Origin: Candidatus Ornithoclostridium faecavium
GTDB taxonomy: Bacteria; Bacillota; Clostridia; Christensenellales; UBA3700
DNA: 64,000 bases
Reading direction: 5' to 3'
Assembly (NCBI GenBank): GCA_018714045.1
Contig: DVNX01000113.1
Span: 11,016-75,015, forward strand
Position 1 is the stretch's first letter. Every line of letters starts with the position of its first letter. This document shows, piece by piece, positions 29,945 through 38,732 of this stretch. The position numbers and the translations under genes were made by a program. The notes beneath the pieces were generated by a model that did not search any database, was not told where the DNA came from, and saw nothing but the letters and a program-made list of their open reading frames with translations.

Positions 29945-30373
29945 TCACACGCAAACGACGAAAAGGTCTTTATCTCCTCCCGCGATCGCCAGCACATATC
30001 CTCTGAGAAAAGTATGAAAGCTTACTCCGTCAGTATAGTCTCCTCCCGCCCTTACCTCGGAAAGTTTTATCCCGTCGGCGCTAAGCTTGCATCTTGCCTC
30101 GTAAGCCGTCCAGTTAAAGATGTCCTTCATCGTTTCGGGAACCTTCCTGTCCGACTTTTCCGCGTCTATTCCTACGGGTTTATCCGAAAGCGCGAGCATT
30201 ACGACGCCGTCTGTATGAGTAACGGATATATAATAATTGTCGCAATACGGCGCGCCGCTTTCCTTCTTTTTAATTTCTTTGATAAGCGGTTTGCCGACTG
30301 CCGCGAGCGCCGCGTCCGCTCTTTTCGCAAGCTCTTCAGAACCGCCGCACGAATCGGAAAGAAATATCAGCAT
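29945..30373 (-). CDS. 4'-phosphopantetheinyl transferase superfamily protein
   Basis: 142 aa with the GIDAE Mg-binding motif and W..YEARCK (W-x-x-KE-x-x-x-K-like). Adjacent to acpP. Confidence 0.6.
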   Translation of the reverse strand: MLIFLSDSCGGSEELAKRADAALAAVGKPLIKEIKKKESGAPYCDNYYISVTHTDGVVMLALSDKPVGIDAEKSDRKVPETMKDIFNWTAYEARCKLSADGIKLSEVRAGGDYTDGVSFHTFLRGYVLAIAGGDKDLFVVCV

Positions 30374-31875
30374 AATTCGTTGTTTCTGCCGTACAGACAG
30401 TTTATATAGTGGAAATAGCCCTTATCCACTCTGTTCATCGCGTCGCGCGTAGCCCTGAAAGTCCAGTTGCCGTCCGCAACGCCGGGGGTATTCATCCTGC
30501 AATCGCCGCCGTAGCCGCAAAGATCCTGAAAAGGCACTACAGCCAATCTGCAACAGCTGGAAATCAGACGTCTTATAAATATCTTCGTCGCCTTGCAGTC
30601 GTATCCTCCGCCGCCGAAATCCTTTCTGTCGCATTCGATATACCTCAGCATATAGTCGAGGATATTTTCCTTTAATCCGTACATCCAGCCGAGGGTCGTA
30701 TCGTTGTCGTGCGTCGCCGTGTAGCCTACGCAGTTGCGGCTGAAATTGTGCGGCAGATGTATGCTGTCCCCGTCCTCGAAACCGAACTGCATGACGCGCA
30801 TACACGGAAGACCCAGCTTAGCCAGAAGATCGTTGACCTTTTCGTCTATTATGCCCAGGTCTTCGGCTATGAAGTTTTCTTTCGGATGCTTTTTGAACAC
30901 CTTTTTGAAAAGTTCTTCGCCAACGCCCTCGCACCACTCGCCGTTCTTTGCCGTAGTCTCGCCGTAATCGACCGCCCAGTATTCTGAAAACGCTCTGAAA
31001 TGGTCAATCCTCAGCACGTCGTAAAGTTCCGCCATACGGTCGAAGCGCTTCATCCACCACGAAAAACCGTCCTTTCTCATGCGATCGTAGTCGTAAAGAG
31101 GATTGCCCCAAAGCTGACCCTCTTCACTGAAATAATCGGGCGGGACTCCCGCGACTTTCTTAGGCATAAGGTTTTCGTCCAGCAGGAACGCAGAAGGATC
31201 GCCCCATACGTCCGCGCTGTCCATGCTTACGTACATGGGCATATCGCCGATAAATTTCATTCCCTTGTCGTTTACCCGTCTTTTAGCGTCCTTCCACTGT
31301 TCGTCGAACAGATACTGCTCAAATACGTAGTAATAATAATCGTCCGCGTTGTCGGCAATATAGCCGCGTTTAGCGCCGTCGTCCATACGTTTGTGGCATT
31401 CCTGCCAGTTCCACCACGGTGCGCCGTCGTAGCTCTGTTTGATAGTCATGAAAAGCGCGTATTCCCTTACCCAAGGCGCGCTCTTTTCAAACGCGCGTAA
31501 TTTGTCGGCAAGTTTGTCTTTCGCGTTAAAATACGCCTTTTTAAGCATTTCACGCTTAGCGTATATCACCTTGCCGTAATCCACGGCGTAAGGATTGCTC
31601 TCTTCGCATGCGCGTCTGTCATCTTCGGATATATATCCCTGCCTTGAAAGCGTTTCGGGGTCGATATACAGATAATTTCCGGCAAACGCGCTGACCCCCG
31701 AATACGGAGAATTGCCCAGTCCTATAGTAGTAACCGGAAGTATCTGCCAGTAATGAAAACCGCAAGAAAGCGCGAAATCGCAGAAGTCGTCCACCTCTTT
31801 GCCCAGACCGCCTATACCGTAAGCGGACGGCAGAGAGGAAACGTTGAGTAAAACACCGCTCGATCTCTTTAACAT
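30367..31875 (-). CDS. malQ: 4-alpha-glucanotransferase (amylomaltase, GH77)
   Basis: Starts MLKRSSGVLLNVSSLPSAYGIGGLG; contains IDHFR, DLGI and HDN motifs. AGGAAGGA SD precedes the ATG at 31875. Confidence 0.88.
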   Translation of the reverse strand: MLKRSSGVLLNVSSLPSAYGIGGLGKEVDDFCDFALSCGFHYWQILPVTTIGLGNSPYSGVSAFAGNYLYIDPETLSRQGYISEDDRRACEESNPYAVDYGKVIYAKREMLKKAYFNAKDKLADKLRAFEKSAPWVREYALFMTIKQSYDGAPWWNWQECHKRMDDGAKRGYIADNADDYYYYVFEQYLFDEQWKDAKRRVNDKGMKFIGDMPMYVSMDSADVWGDPSAFLLDENLMPKKVAGVPPDYFSEEGQLWGNPLYDYDRMRKDGFSWWMKRFDRMAELYDVLRIDHFRAFSEYWAVDYGETTAKNGEWCEGVGEELFKKVFKKHPKENFIAEDLGIIDEKVNDLLAKLGLPCMRVMQFGFEDGDSIHLPHNFSRNCVGYTATHDNDTTLGWMYGLKENILDYMLRYIECDRKDFGGGGYDCKATKIFIRRLISSCCRLAVVPFQDLCGYGGDCRMNTPGVADGNWTFRATRDAMNRVDKGYFHYINCLYGRNNELC

Positions 31876-31940
31876 ATTTGAAATTCCTTCCTGATTTTTA
31901 GCGATAAGTATCGGCTTATCCGCCTGTAACAACTGTTTTT

Positions 31941-31969
31941 ATTATATCATAACGCGGAATTGCTATCAA
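31941..31969 (-). promoter_or_regulatory. sigma-A type promoter of malQ
   Basis: Minus strand has TTGATA, a 17-nt spacer, then TATAAT. Confidence 0.55.
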
Positions 31970-31974
31970 TACCG

Positions 31975-32011
31975 ATTTAAAAAAAGACCCCTTATTTTTT
32001 GAAATAAGGGG
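31975..32011 (-). terminator. intrinsic terminator of the hydrolase gene
   Basis: Minus strand has ACCCCTTA-loop-TAAGGGGT followed by CTTTTTTT. Confidence 0.65.
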
Positions 32012-32033
32012 TGATATATGGCGCCGTTTATCC

Positions 32034-33134
32034 TTACTTTGCGGCAAGACATCTTTCGAAAAAGTCGTTTACCGCGTCCATAAACTCTTCGTCTATCGCA
32101 AATACGGTCGCTTTGTCGCTGTACTCGTATCTGATATCCACGTTATACTGGAACGTGTTGTATTCAGCCGTCTTGACGATATTCGTCTTTTTCCCTGCTA
32201 AGCTTTCCGATATCTTCTTCTCGTCCTCTCTCGGACGGCTCATAGTGTGGCCTCTGTCTTCGAAGAGCATGAACTCGGCTCTGGGATTGGTTATCTCGTC
32301 TCTGTGCGCGATGATAGAGCACGAATACGGCACGGTCGGGTCGTCCTTGCTGTGAGATACCAGAACGGGTCCTTTGTACTTATTTATGCCCGAAACGCCC
32401 GTTCCTCCCGCGTATTTACCGAACTTGACCTTCTCTACCAGCGTGTTCCACGGTTTATACAGTATCGCCAGCTTGCCTACGTATCTCTGCGCGTGGAAAT
32501 ACATTGTGTCCCATGTATTGTTGAATCCGCTTAAAGTAGCAACTCCCGCTACCTCGTCGTGACCGTAATTAAGCACGTTTGCGCTGGCGTAGCCCGACCA
32601 GCTGTGACCGTATATCAGCACGGGCATATCCTTGAAACGCGACTGAGATTTTATGAATTCGAGCGCGTTGTGCAGGTCTATTTTGGATTGATTGAGTCCG
32701 TATATATTCTTACCTTCGCTTGTGCACGTGCCTGTCATATCGAATGTAAAGACGTCGTAACCCTTGCGAACGAAATACTGCGTGCGGTTGAGGTATCCGT
32801 CCATATTGCAGCCTATGCCGTGGCATACGAGAACGAGAGCCTTACCCTTCTTCCCTTCCTTATTCGTATAAAGATAAGCGCCCAGCTTGTTTTTACCGGA
32901 ATAAAAATCCATGCGCTGGCGGTTCATCACGCCTTTGTAATCGTCGTAAGTGACTGTGTTGCACATAGGCGTTACGCGTGTGCCGAACACGGCGTCGTAT
33001 ATCGCGCGCGCGGCTATGTAAGGGATTATCACCGTCCAGCCCAGCAAAAAGAACGCGGTAAAAAAGCCTATCCGCATTATCACGGGCATAACGCCCTTTT
33101 TCTTTCTCTTTTTCACCAATGTTTTATCGTCCAT
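32034..33134 (-). CDS. membrane-anchored alpha/beta hydrolase
   Basis: N-terminal TM segment, GHSWSG nucleophile elbow and a late HSKDD..H. GGAGG SD lies 5 nt before the ATG at 33134; the track start at 33146 is a TTG. Confidence 0.7.
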   Translation of the reverse strand: MDDKTLVKKRKKKGVMPVIMRIGFFTAFFLLGWTVIIPYIAARAIYDAVFGTRVTPMCNTVTYDDYKGVMNRQRMDFYSGKNKLGAYLYTNKEGKKGKALVLVCHGIGCNMDGYLNRTQYFVRKGYDVFTFDMTGTCTSEGKNIYGLNQSKIDLHNALEFIKSQSRFKDMPVLIYGHSWSGYASANVLNYGHDEVAGVATLSGFNNTWDTMYFHAQRYVGKLAILYKPWNTLVEKVKFGKYAGGTGVSGINKYKGPVLVSHSKDDPTVPYSCSIIAHRDEITNPRAEFMLFEDRGHTMSRPREDEKKISESLAGKKTNIVKTAEYNTFQYNVDIRYEYSDKATVFAIDEEFMDAVNDFFERCLAAK

Positions 33135-33480
33135 CTGAACCTCCAATATAAATTATACCACACTTGTTTAATTGTTGCAATAAGCAGCATTGCAGGTCTG
33201 TATAAGATTACTGTAAAAATAAGTTTTATGTTCGTGCGACAAGCCTGTTCCGCCTCAGCGGCGCAGCGCAAGATAAATAAAAGCTCAGAAATAAACTGAA
33301 TTCGTATGCATAATAAGCTAAAGCGTATAAAGCAAGGTCTTCTTTTCCGACCGCGATCAATTAATCGTCCTTATGCCTTAACCTATACGCCTTTCTACAA
33401 GTCGCCCTTTGCGACGGCTTTCCCGACAGACGGTTTTCGCGATAGCGACAAAAAAGTTGCAAATTACCGTAGTCGAACGC

Positions 33481-33523
33481 AAAAAAATACGCCTTACGCA
33501 AAAGCGTAAAGCGTCATTTTTTT
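33481..33523 (-). terminator. intrinsic terminator after rplQ (end of the alpha operon)
   Basis: ACGCTTTACGC-tttt-GCGTAAGGCGT followed by ATTTTTTT on the minus strand. A T-run is also present on the plus side. Confidence 0.7.
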
Positions 33524-33536
33524 GTTTCTGAAGAAA

Positions 33537-34073
33537 TTACTTCTTTTCGGTCTTCTTAGCCGGAGTCTCTTTGACGAGCTCTACTACTGCGACTTCTGCG
33601 CCGTCGCCGCGTCTCGTACCCAGTTTGATGACTCTGCTGTAACCGCCCTTCTGACCGCAGTCGTTAGCGCGCTTAGCATAGAAAGGCGCGTACTCTCTGA
33701 ACAGCTTCTCGACGAGAGGATGCTTTACGGCAGCGAGGCGCTTGTTGTAATCGCCCTTGCTTTCCTTGTCTTCTTTGACGGGTTTCATCTCTCTGAGTTT
33801 AGCCATCATGGTACGTCTTGCAGCGAGCTTTCTTACGCCGTCAACGGTAACTTCAACCGTAACGGTCTCGCCCTTAGCGTTTACCTTTTCTTTATTGACA
33901 GTCGCGACGTCCTCATAGGTGTTGATCGCGAGCGTGATCATTTTTTCAGCGTATTTCTGAACCTCTTTAGCTCTTCCGACGGTCGTTTCGAGGCGTCCGT
34001 ACCAGAGAAGCTCAGAAGCCTGACTGCGAATCATAGCCATTCTTTGTTCGCTTGTTCTTCCCAATTTTCTCAT
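33537..34073 (-). CDS. rplQ: 50S ribosomal protein L17 (with an internal insertion)
   Basis: Starts MRKLGRTSEQRMAMIRS and contains ...GGYSRVIKLGTRRGDGA. 178 aa. Confidence 0.93.
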   Translation of the reverse strand: MRKLGRTSEQRMAMIRSQASELLWYGRLETTVGRAKEVQKYAEKMITLAINTYEDVATVNKEKVNAKGETVTVEVTVDGVRKLAARRTMMAKLREMKPVKEDKESKGDYNKRLAAVKHPLVEKLFREYAPFYAKRANDCGQKGGYSRVIKLGTRRGDGAEVAVVELVKETPAKKTEKK

Positions 34074-34087
34074 TGATCTATATCTCC

Positions 34088-35041
34088 TTATTCGTCCTTA
34101 CTACGCAGGTCAAATCCCAGTTCTCTGATCTTCTTGATGACTTCGTCGAGAGACTTCTTGCCGAGGTTTCTGACCTTGAGCATTTCGTCTTCGGTCTTCT
34201 TGGTAAGATCCTGAACGGTGTGGATGCCCGCTCTCTTCAAGCAGTTGTAGGAACGTACGGACAAGTCCAGATCCTCGATGCTTGTTTCAAGTTTCTTATG
34301 AGTTTTCTCGTCGTCCTGAGAGATGAGGATTTCTCTTCCCTTCATCGTATCGACGAGGTTTACGAACAAGTTGACGTGGTCTTCCATGATCTTCGCGGAA
34401 AGGCTGATGACCTCTCTCGGAGAGAAGGTGCCGTTGGTGGTGACGTTGATGGTCAGCTTGTCGTAGTTGATGTTCTGCCCCAGACGAGTGCTCTCGACTG
34501 CGTAACTCGCGCTCTCCACGGGGGTGAAGATGGAGTCAACGGGGATATATCCGAGGGGCTGGGTCTCGTCCTTGTTTTCGTTCGCGGAAACGTAACCTCT
34601 GCCTACGCCGATCGTGATCTCAATTTTAAGATCCGCGCCTTCGTCGAGCGAGCAGATATACATGTCGGGATTGAGAATTTCTATCTCGGAACCGTGCTGT
34701 ATGTCGCCTGCGGTGACTATGCCTGCGGTGTTCTTTTCAATGGTAACGACCTGTCTGAAATCCTTGTCTTCGGTATGAGCTTTTACAGCCAGTCCCTTTA
34801 TGTTGAGGATGATCTCGGTGACGTCCTCTTTAACGCCGGGGATAGAGCTGAATTCGTGCCTTACGCCCTCGATCTTGATACCGACGGGTGCCGCACCGGG
34901 GAGCGCGCTGAGAAGTATTCTCCTCAGGCAGTTGCCCAGAGTGGTACCGAATCCGCGTTCGAGCGGCTCAACGATAAACTGCATTTCTCTGCCTTCGTTT
35001 GTCTCTACGCACTCGATTCTCGGTTTCTGAATTTCTATCAT
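34088..35041 (-). CDS. rpoA: DNA-directed RNA polymerase alpha subunit
   Basis: 317 aa; MIEIQKPRIECVE...GNCLRRILLS... Confidence 0.97.
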   Translation of the reverse strand: MIEIQKPRIECVETNEGREMQFIVEPLERGFGTTLGNCLRRILLSALPGAAPVGIKIEGVRHEFSSIPGVKEDVTEIILNIKGLAVKAHTEDKDFRQVVTIEKNTAGIVTAGDIQHGSEIEILNPDMYICSLDEGADLKIEITIGVGRGYVSANENKDETQPLGYIPVDSIFTPVESASYAVESTRLGQNINYDKLTINVTTNGTFSPREVISLSAKIMEDHVNLFVNLVDTMKGREILISQDDEKTHKKLETSIEDLDLSVRSYNCLKRAGIHTVQDLTKKTEDEMLKVRNLGKKSLDEVIKKIRELGFDLRSKDE

Positions 35042-35067
35042 ATATACCTCCTGCTATGCGCCGTCGA

Positions 35068-35691
35068 TTATTTGGAATACAACTCGACGATAAGATGCTC
35101 TTCGATTTTCTGTTCAACGTCTCTTCTTTCGGGCAGTTCGACTACCTTACCGGTGAGGGTAGCGTTGTCGAATTCAAGCCACTTCGGAAGACCGATGGAA
35201 TTAGCCGCTTTGAGCTCTTCGAAAATCTTCTTGTCTTTCTTGTTTTCCTTTACCGCGATAACGTCGCCCTTCTTTACGAGGAAGGAAGGAATATTTACGC
35301 TTTCGCCGTTGACGGTGATGAGACCGTGGTTGACGATCTGTCTTGCCTGTGCTCTGCTGGATGCGAGGCTCAGACGGAATACTACGTTGTCGAGTCTTCT
35401 TTCGAGAAGGATGAGCATGTTGTCACCGGTGATGCCTCTCATGGTCTCTGCCTTATCGAAATAACCCTTGAACTGCTTTTCGCAAAGTCCGTAGATTCTC
35501 TTGGTCTTCTGCTTCTCTCTGAGCTGTATGGAATAGCCGGAAGCCTTCTTTCTTGCGGTGCCGTGCTGACCGGGAGCGGTGGGACGCTTAGCGAGCGGGC
35601 ACTTCTCAGAAACGCACTTAGCGCCTTTGAGGAACAACTTTACGCCCTCGCGTCTGCACTGACGACAATCGGGTCCTGTATATTTAGCCAT
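35068..35691 (-). CDS. rpsD: 30S ribosomal protein S4
   Basis: 207 aa; [16 protein letters not shown]... Confidence 0.97.
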   Translation of the reverse strand: MAKYTGPDCRQCRREGVKLFLKGAKCVSEKCPLAKRPTAPGQHGTARKKASGYSIQLREKQKTKRIYGLCEKQFKGYFDKAETMRGITGDNMLILLERRLDNVVFRLSLASSRAQARQIVNHGLITVNGESVNIPSFLVKKGDVIAVKENKKDKKIFEELKAANSIGLPKWLEFDNATLTGKVVELPERRDVEQKIEEHLIVELYSK

Positions 35692-35709
35692 GTTATTCGT
35701 ACCTCCTGA

Positions 35710-36108
35710 TTACAGCCTTCTGCGCTTGGGCGGACGGCAACCGTTGTGAGGAATGGGAGAAACGTCTTTGATCATCGTAACTTCCAGACCTGCTACCTGG
35801 AGCGCTCTGATAGCGGATTCACGACCCGTACCCGGGCCCTTAACGTAGACTTCTACGCTTCTGAGACCGCTCTCGTAAGCGACTTTTGCGGCATCCTCGC
35901 TGACCATCTGCGCTGCGAAAGCGGTGGACTTCTTGGAGCCTCTCAAATTGAGTTTACCACTGCTGGACCAGGAAATAGCGTTTCCCTGAAGATCCGTGAT
36001 AGTAACGATCGTGTTGTTGAAGGAAGCATGAATATGTGCTGCGCCCTTTTCTACACGACGCTTGTTGACGGCACGCTTCTTAGTAGCGGCCTTTTTAGCA
36101 ACTGCCAT
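35710..36108 (-). CDS. rpsK: 30S ribosomal protein S11
   Basis: 132 aa; ...[18 protein letters not shown]... Confidence 0.97.
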   Translation of the reverse strand: MAVAKKAATKKRAVNKRRVEKGAAHIHASFNNTIVTITDLQGNAISWSSSGKLNLRGSKKSTAFAAQMVSEDAAKVAYESGLRSVEVYVKGPGTGRESAIRALQVAGLEVTMIKDVSPIPHNGCRPPKRRRL

Positions 36109-36122
36109 TTTTCTTTACCTCC

Positions 36123-36494
36123 TTACTTCTTCTTGCTGCGGCTGACCGTCTTCTTCGGTCCTTTGCGGGTACGAGCGTTCTGCTTGGTGTTCTGACCTCT
36201 CACGGGCAGACCCTTGCGGTGACGGATACCTCTGTAGCAACCGATTTCAGTAAGTCTTTTGATGTTGAGCTTAACTTCACGCTTCAACTCGCCCTCAACG
36301 GTAAGGTTGTGGTCGATGTATTCACGTATTTTGCTAACTTCGTCTTCGGTCAGATCCTTGACTCTGGTGTCGGGATTGATACCCGTAGCTTTGAGAACCA
36401 GGTTGGATGTAACTCTGCCTATACCGTAGATATAGGTAAGACCGATTTCCACTCTTTTTTCGCGCGGTAAGTCCACGCCGGCAATACGAGCCAT
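36123..36494 (-). CDS. rpsM: 30S ribosomal protein S13
   Basis: 123 aa; [26 protein letters not shown]. Confidence 0.97.
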   Translation of the reverse strand: MARIAGVDLPREKRVEIGLTYIYGIGRVTSNLVLKATGINPDTRVKDLTEDEVSKIREYIDHNLTVEGELKREVKLNIKRLTEIGCYRGIRHRKGLPVRGQNTKQNARTRKGPKKTVSRSKKK

Positions 36495-36611
36495 TAAACT
36501 ACCTCCAAAGTGTATGTTTGTATATTAGACGATTTGAGGAAGACAGGTTTTGAAGTGTGACGTGCCTGTCCAGCCGCTCCCCTCACGAATAATCACGTAA
36601 TTTTGCTATGG

Positions 36612-36641
36612 TATTATAGCATACCAAATATCTAAATGGCA
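36612..36641 (-). promoter_or_regulatory. candidate internal promoter ahead of rpsM (alpha operon)
   Basis: Minus strand has TTGCCA, an 18-nt spacer, then TATAAT, followed by a ~115-nt structured leader. Confidence 0.4.
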
Positions 36642-36731
36642 AATAAAATTTACCACTTTTTAAGACAAAGACGCGCGCAGAAAGAAATTTTCCTTTCCAC
36701 GCAGCTTCTTTTCCTCTTTTATTCAGTGTTA

Positions 36732-36848
36732 TTAGCCCTGTCTCTGCTTATGCTTCTTGTATTTGGAGCAGATGATCATGACTTTTCCGTCTCTTTTGAT
36801 TACTCTGCATTTGTCGCACATGGGCTTAACAGAAGGTCTGACTTTCAT
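36732..36848 (-). CDS. rpmJ: 50S ribosomal protein L36 (zinc-binding form)
   Basis: Not in the ORF track. Minus strand translates as [38 protein letters not shown]. Confidence 0.93.
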   Translation of the reverse strand: MKVRPSVKPMCDKCRVIKRDGKVMIICSKYKKHKQRQG

Positions 36849-36867
36849 TTTTTTATCCTCCGATCAC

Positions 36868-37089
36868 TTAATTCTTGTTTCGCCATACGATGCGACCCTT
36901 GGTCAGATCGTAAGGACTTAGTTCGACTTTCACGGTATCGCCTTCGAGAATCTTTATATAATTCTTTCTGAGCTTACCGGACAGGTATGCGACAATCTCG
37001 TGATTGTTCGTCAACCTGACTCTGAAATTTGTGTTGGGCAGTACTTCTATGACTACGCCTTCGGCTTCGATGCAATCTTCCTTCGACAT
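36868..37089 (-). CDS. infA: translation initiation factor IF-1
   Basis: 73 aa; ...[31 protein letters not shown]... Confidence 0.96.
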   Translation of the reverse strand: MSKEDCIEAEGVVIEVLPNTNFRVRLTNNHEIVAYLSGKLRKNYIKILEGDTVKVELSPYDLTKGRIVWRNKN

Positions 37090-37091
37090 TG

Positions 37092-37370
37092 TTACCTCCT
37101 CTCCGTCTGTAAATATTTTTTTAACTCTGCGTTTACCGCTTTGTCCGTAATGTTTCCTTTTTCGAGCGCTTCTTTAAGGTCTTGTCTTTCGTCGACCTTG
37201 TCGAGATGCTTGAACCTCTTGACTTTGGGATTGTCCATCTTTCTCAGTCTTCCGTCGACCGCCAGGCAAAAGTCTTCGCCGACGATCTTGACTATAAGAT
37301 AATATCTTCCCGCATCGTGTCCCGCTCTCGATACCGTTACGTCGCCCTCTTGTAAGTTTTTGTCTTTCAT
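37092..37370 (-). CDS. KOW-domain RNA-binding protein (small conserved gene between map and infA)
   Basis: 92 aa with a [22 protein letters not shown]-like motif. This position is typical of Clostridia. Confidence 0.6.
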   Translation of the reverse strand: MKDKNLQEGDVTVSRAGHDAGRYYLIVKIVGEDFCLAVDGRLRKMDNPKVKRFKHLDKVDERQDLKEALEKGNITDKAVNAELKKYLQTERR

Positions 37371-37371
37371 A

Positions 37372-38118
37372 TCACAGCGACAGGATCTCTACTCCGCCTT
37401 CGGTTATCGCTACGGTGTTTTCGTAATGCGCGGACGGTTTTCCGTCTGCGGTGACGACCGTCCAGCCGTCGTCCAGCATCACTACGTCGTACGTACCCGC
37501 GTTGACCATCGGCTCTATCGCGATAGTCATGTTCGCTTTAAGCCTGAGTCCGTGTCCCGCTCTCCCGTAATTGGGAACTTCGGGATCTTCGTGCATATCC
37601 GTTCCGATACCGTGCCCGACGAGAGCTCTTACGACCGAAAAGCCGTTAGCCTCAACGTAGGACTGTATCGCGTGTCCGAGGTCACCCAGCCTTACGCCCT
37701 CTTTAAGGATCTTGACCCCTTCGAAGAAGCTCTGCTTTGTGACGTCGATGAGTTTTTGTTTTTCTGCCGAGATCTTTCCGACCGCGAACGTCCTCGCCGC
37801 GTCGCCGTTGTATCCTTTATATATGGATCCGATATCAACGCTGACGATCTGTCCTTCTTCTATGTATCTCTTATCGGAAGGAATGCCGTGAACGACTTCT
37901 TCGTCGATCGAGATACACGCCGAAGCGGGATAACCTTCGTATCCTAAGAAAGAAGGTGTCGCGCCGCAACCCGTTATATAGTCGTAAACTATCTTGTCGA
38001 GCTGCTTTGTCGTCATGCCGGGCTTTATCTTTTCCTCGATGAGGGCGAGACTGTCCCTGACGATCTGATTGGCTTTTCTCATCAGCCCGATCTCTTCAGC
38101 CGTTTTAACAGTTACCAT
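37372..38118 (-). CDS. map: type I methionine aminopeptidase
   Basis: 248 aa with metal ligands in VHGIP, D..I...GY.GD, GHGIG and EP contexts. Confidence 0.95.
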   Translation of the reverse strand: MVTVKTAEEIGLMRKANQIVRDSLALIEEKIKPGMTTKQLDKIVYDYITGCGATPSFLGYEGYPASACISIDEEVVHGIPSDKRYIEEGQIVSVDIGSIYKGYNGDAARTFAVGKISAEKQKLIDVTKQSFFEGVKILKEGVRLGDLGHAIQSYVEANGFSVVRALVGHGIGTDMHEDPEVPNYGRAGHGLRLKANMTIAIEPMVNAGTYDVVMLDDGWTVVTADGKPSAHYENTVAITEGGVEILSL

Positions 38119-38731
38119 CTATTACCTTTACGATCTCCGAGGTCACGTCTGCTACGTCCTTCATTCCGTCTACGTCTCTGAGCACGCCCTTTGCGGAATA
38201 GTACTCGATGAGCGGCGCGGTCTGCTTTTCGTAAACTTCGAGTCTGGACTTGACCGTCTCTTCCTTATCGTCGTCTCTCTGGTAGAGTTTAGCGCCGCAT
38301 TTGTCGCAGACGTCGGAAGGATGAGCGGATACGTGGTAGCTCTCGCCGCAAACGCACATGCGTCTGCCTGCGATACGGGCTACTACCGCGTCGTTGTCGA
38401 CGACGATATTGACCGCGAGCGTAACGTCGGTGATCTTATCGAGAGCTTTTGCCTGCTCTATCGTCCTGGGGAAACCGTCGAGGAGATAGCCGTTTTTGCA
38501 ATCTGCCTCAGCAAGTCTCGACTCCATGACCTTTATTATCACCTCGTCGGGAACGAGGGCGCCTTTGTCGATATAGCTCTTCGCCAGCTTGCCCAGCTCC
38601 GTTCCCGCCTTTATATTCGCTCTGAGTATGTCTCCCGTGGAAATGTGCGGGATACCGTACTTTTCGCTTATTCTCTTTGCCTGCGTGCCCTTGCCTGCGC
38701 CGGGCGCGCCAAGAAATACGAGGTTTTTCAT
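38105..38731 (-). CDS. adk: adenylate kinase (zinc-lid type)
   Basis: Starts MKNLVFLGAPGAGKGTQA; lid region is CVCGESYH...CDKCG. Confidence 0.96.
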   Translation of the reverse strand: MKNLVFLGAPGAGKGTQAKRISEKYGIPHISTGDILRANIKAGTELGKLAKSYIDKGALVPDEVIIKVMESRLAEADCKNGYLLDGFPRTIEQAKALDKITDVTLAVNIVVDNDAVVARIAGRRMCVCGESYHVSAHPSDVCDKCGAKLYQRDDDKEETVKSRLEVYEKQTAPLIEYYSAKGVLRDVDGMKDVADVTSEIVKVIDGNC

Positions 38732-38732
38732 T

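Noticed and set aside
34052-35464. 470-aa plus-strand ORF across rpoA and rpsD
   Set aside because: It is antisense to universally conserved rpoA and rpsD.
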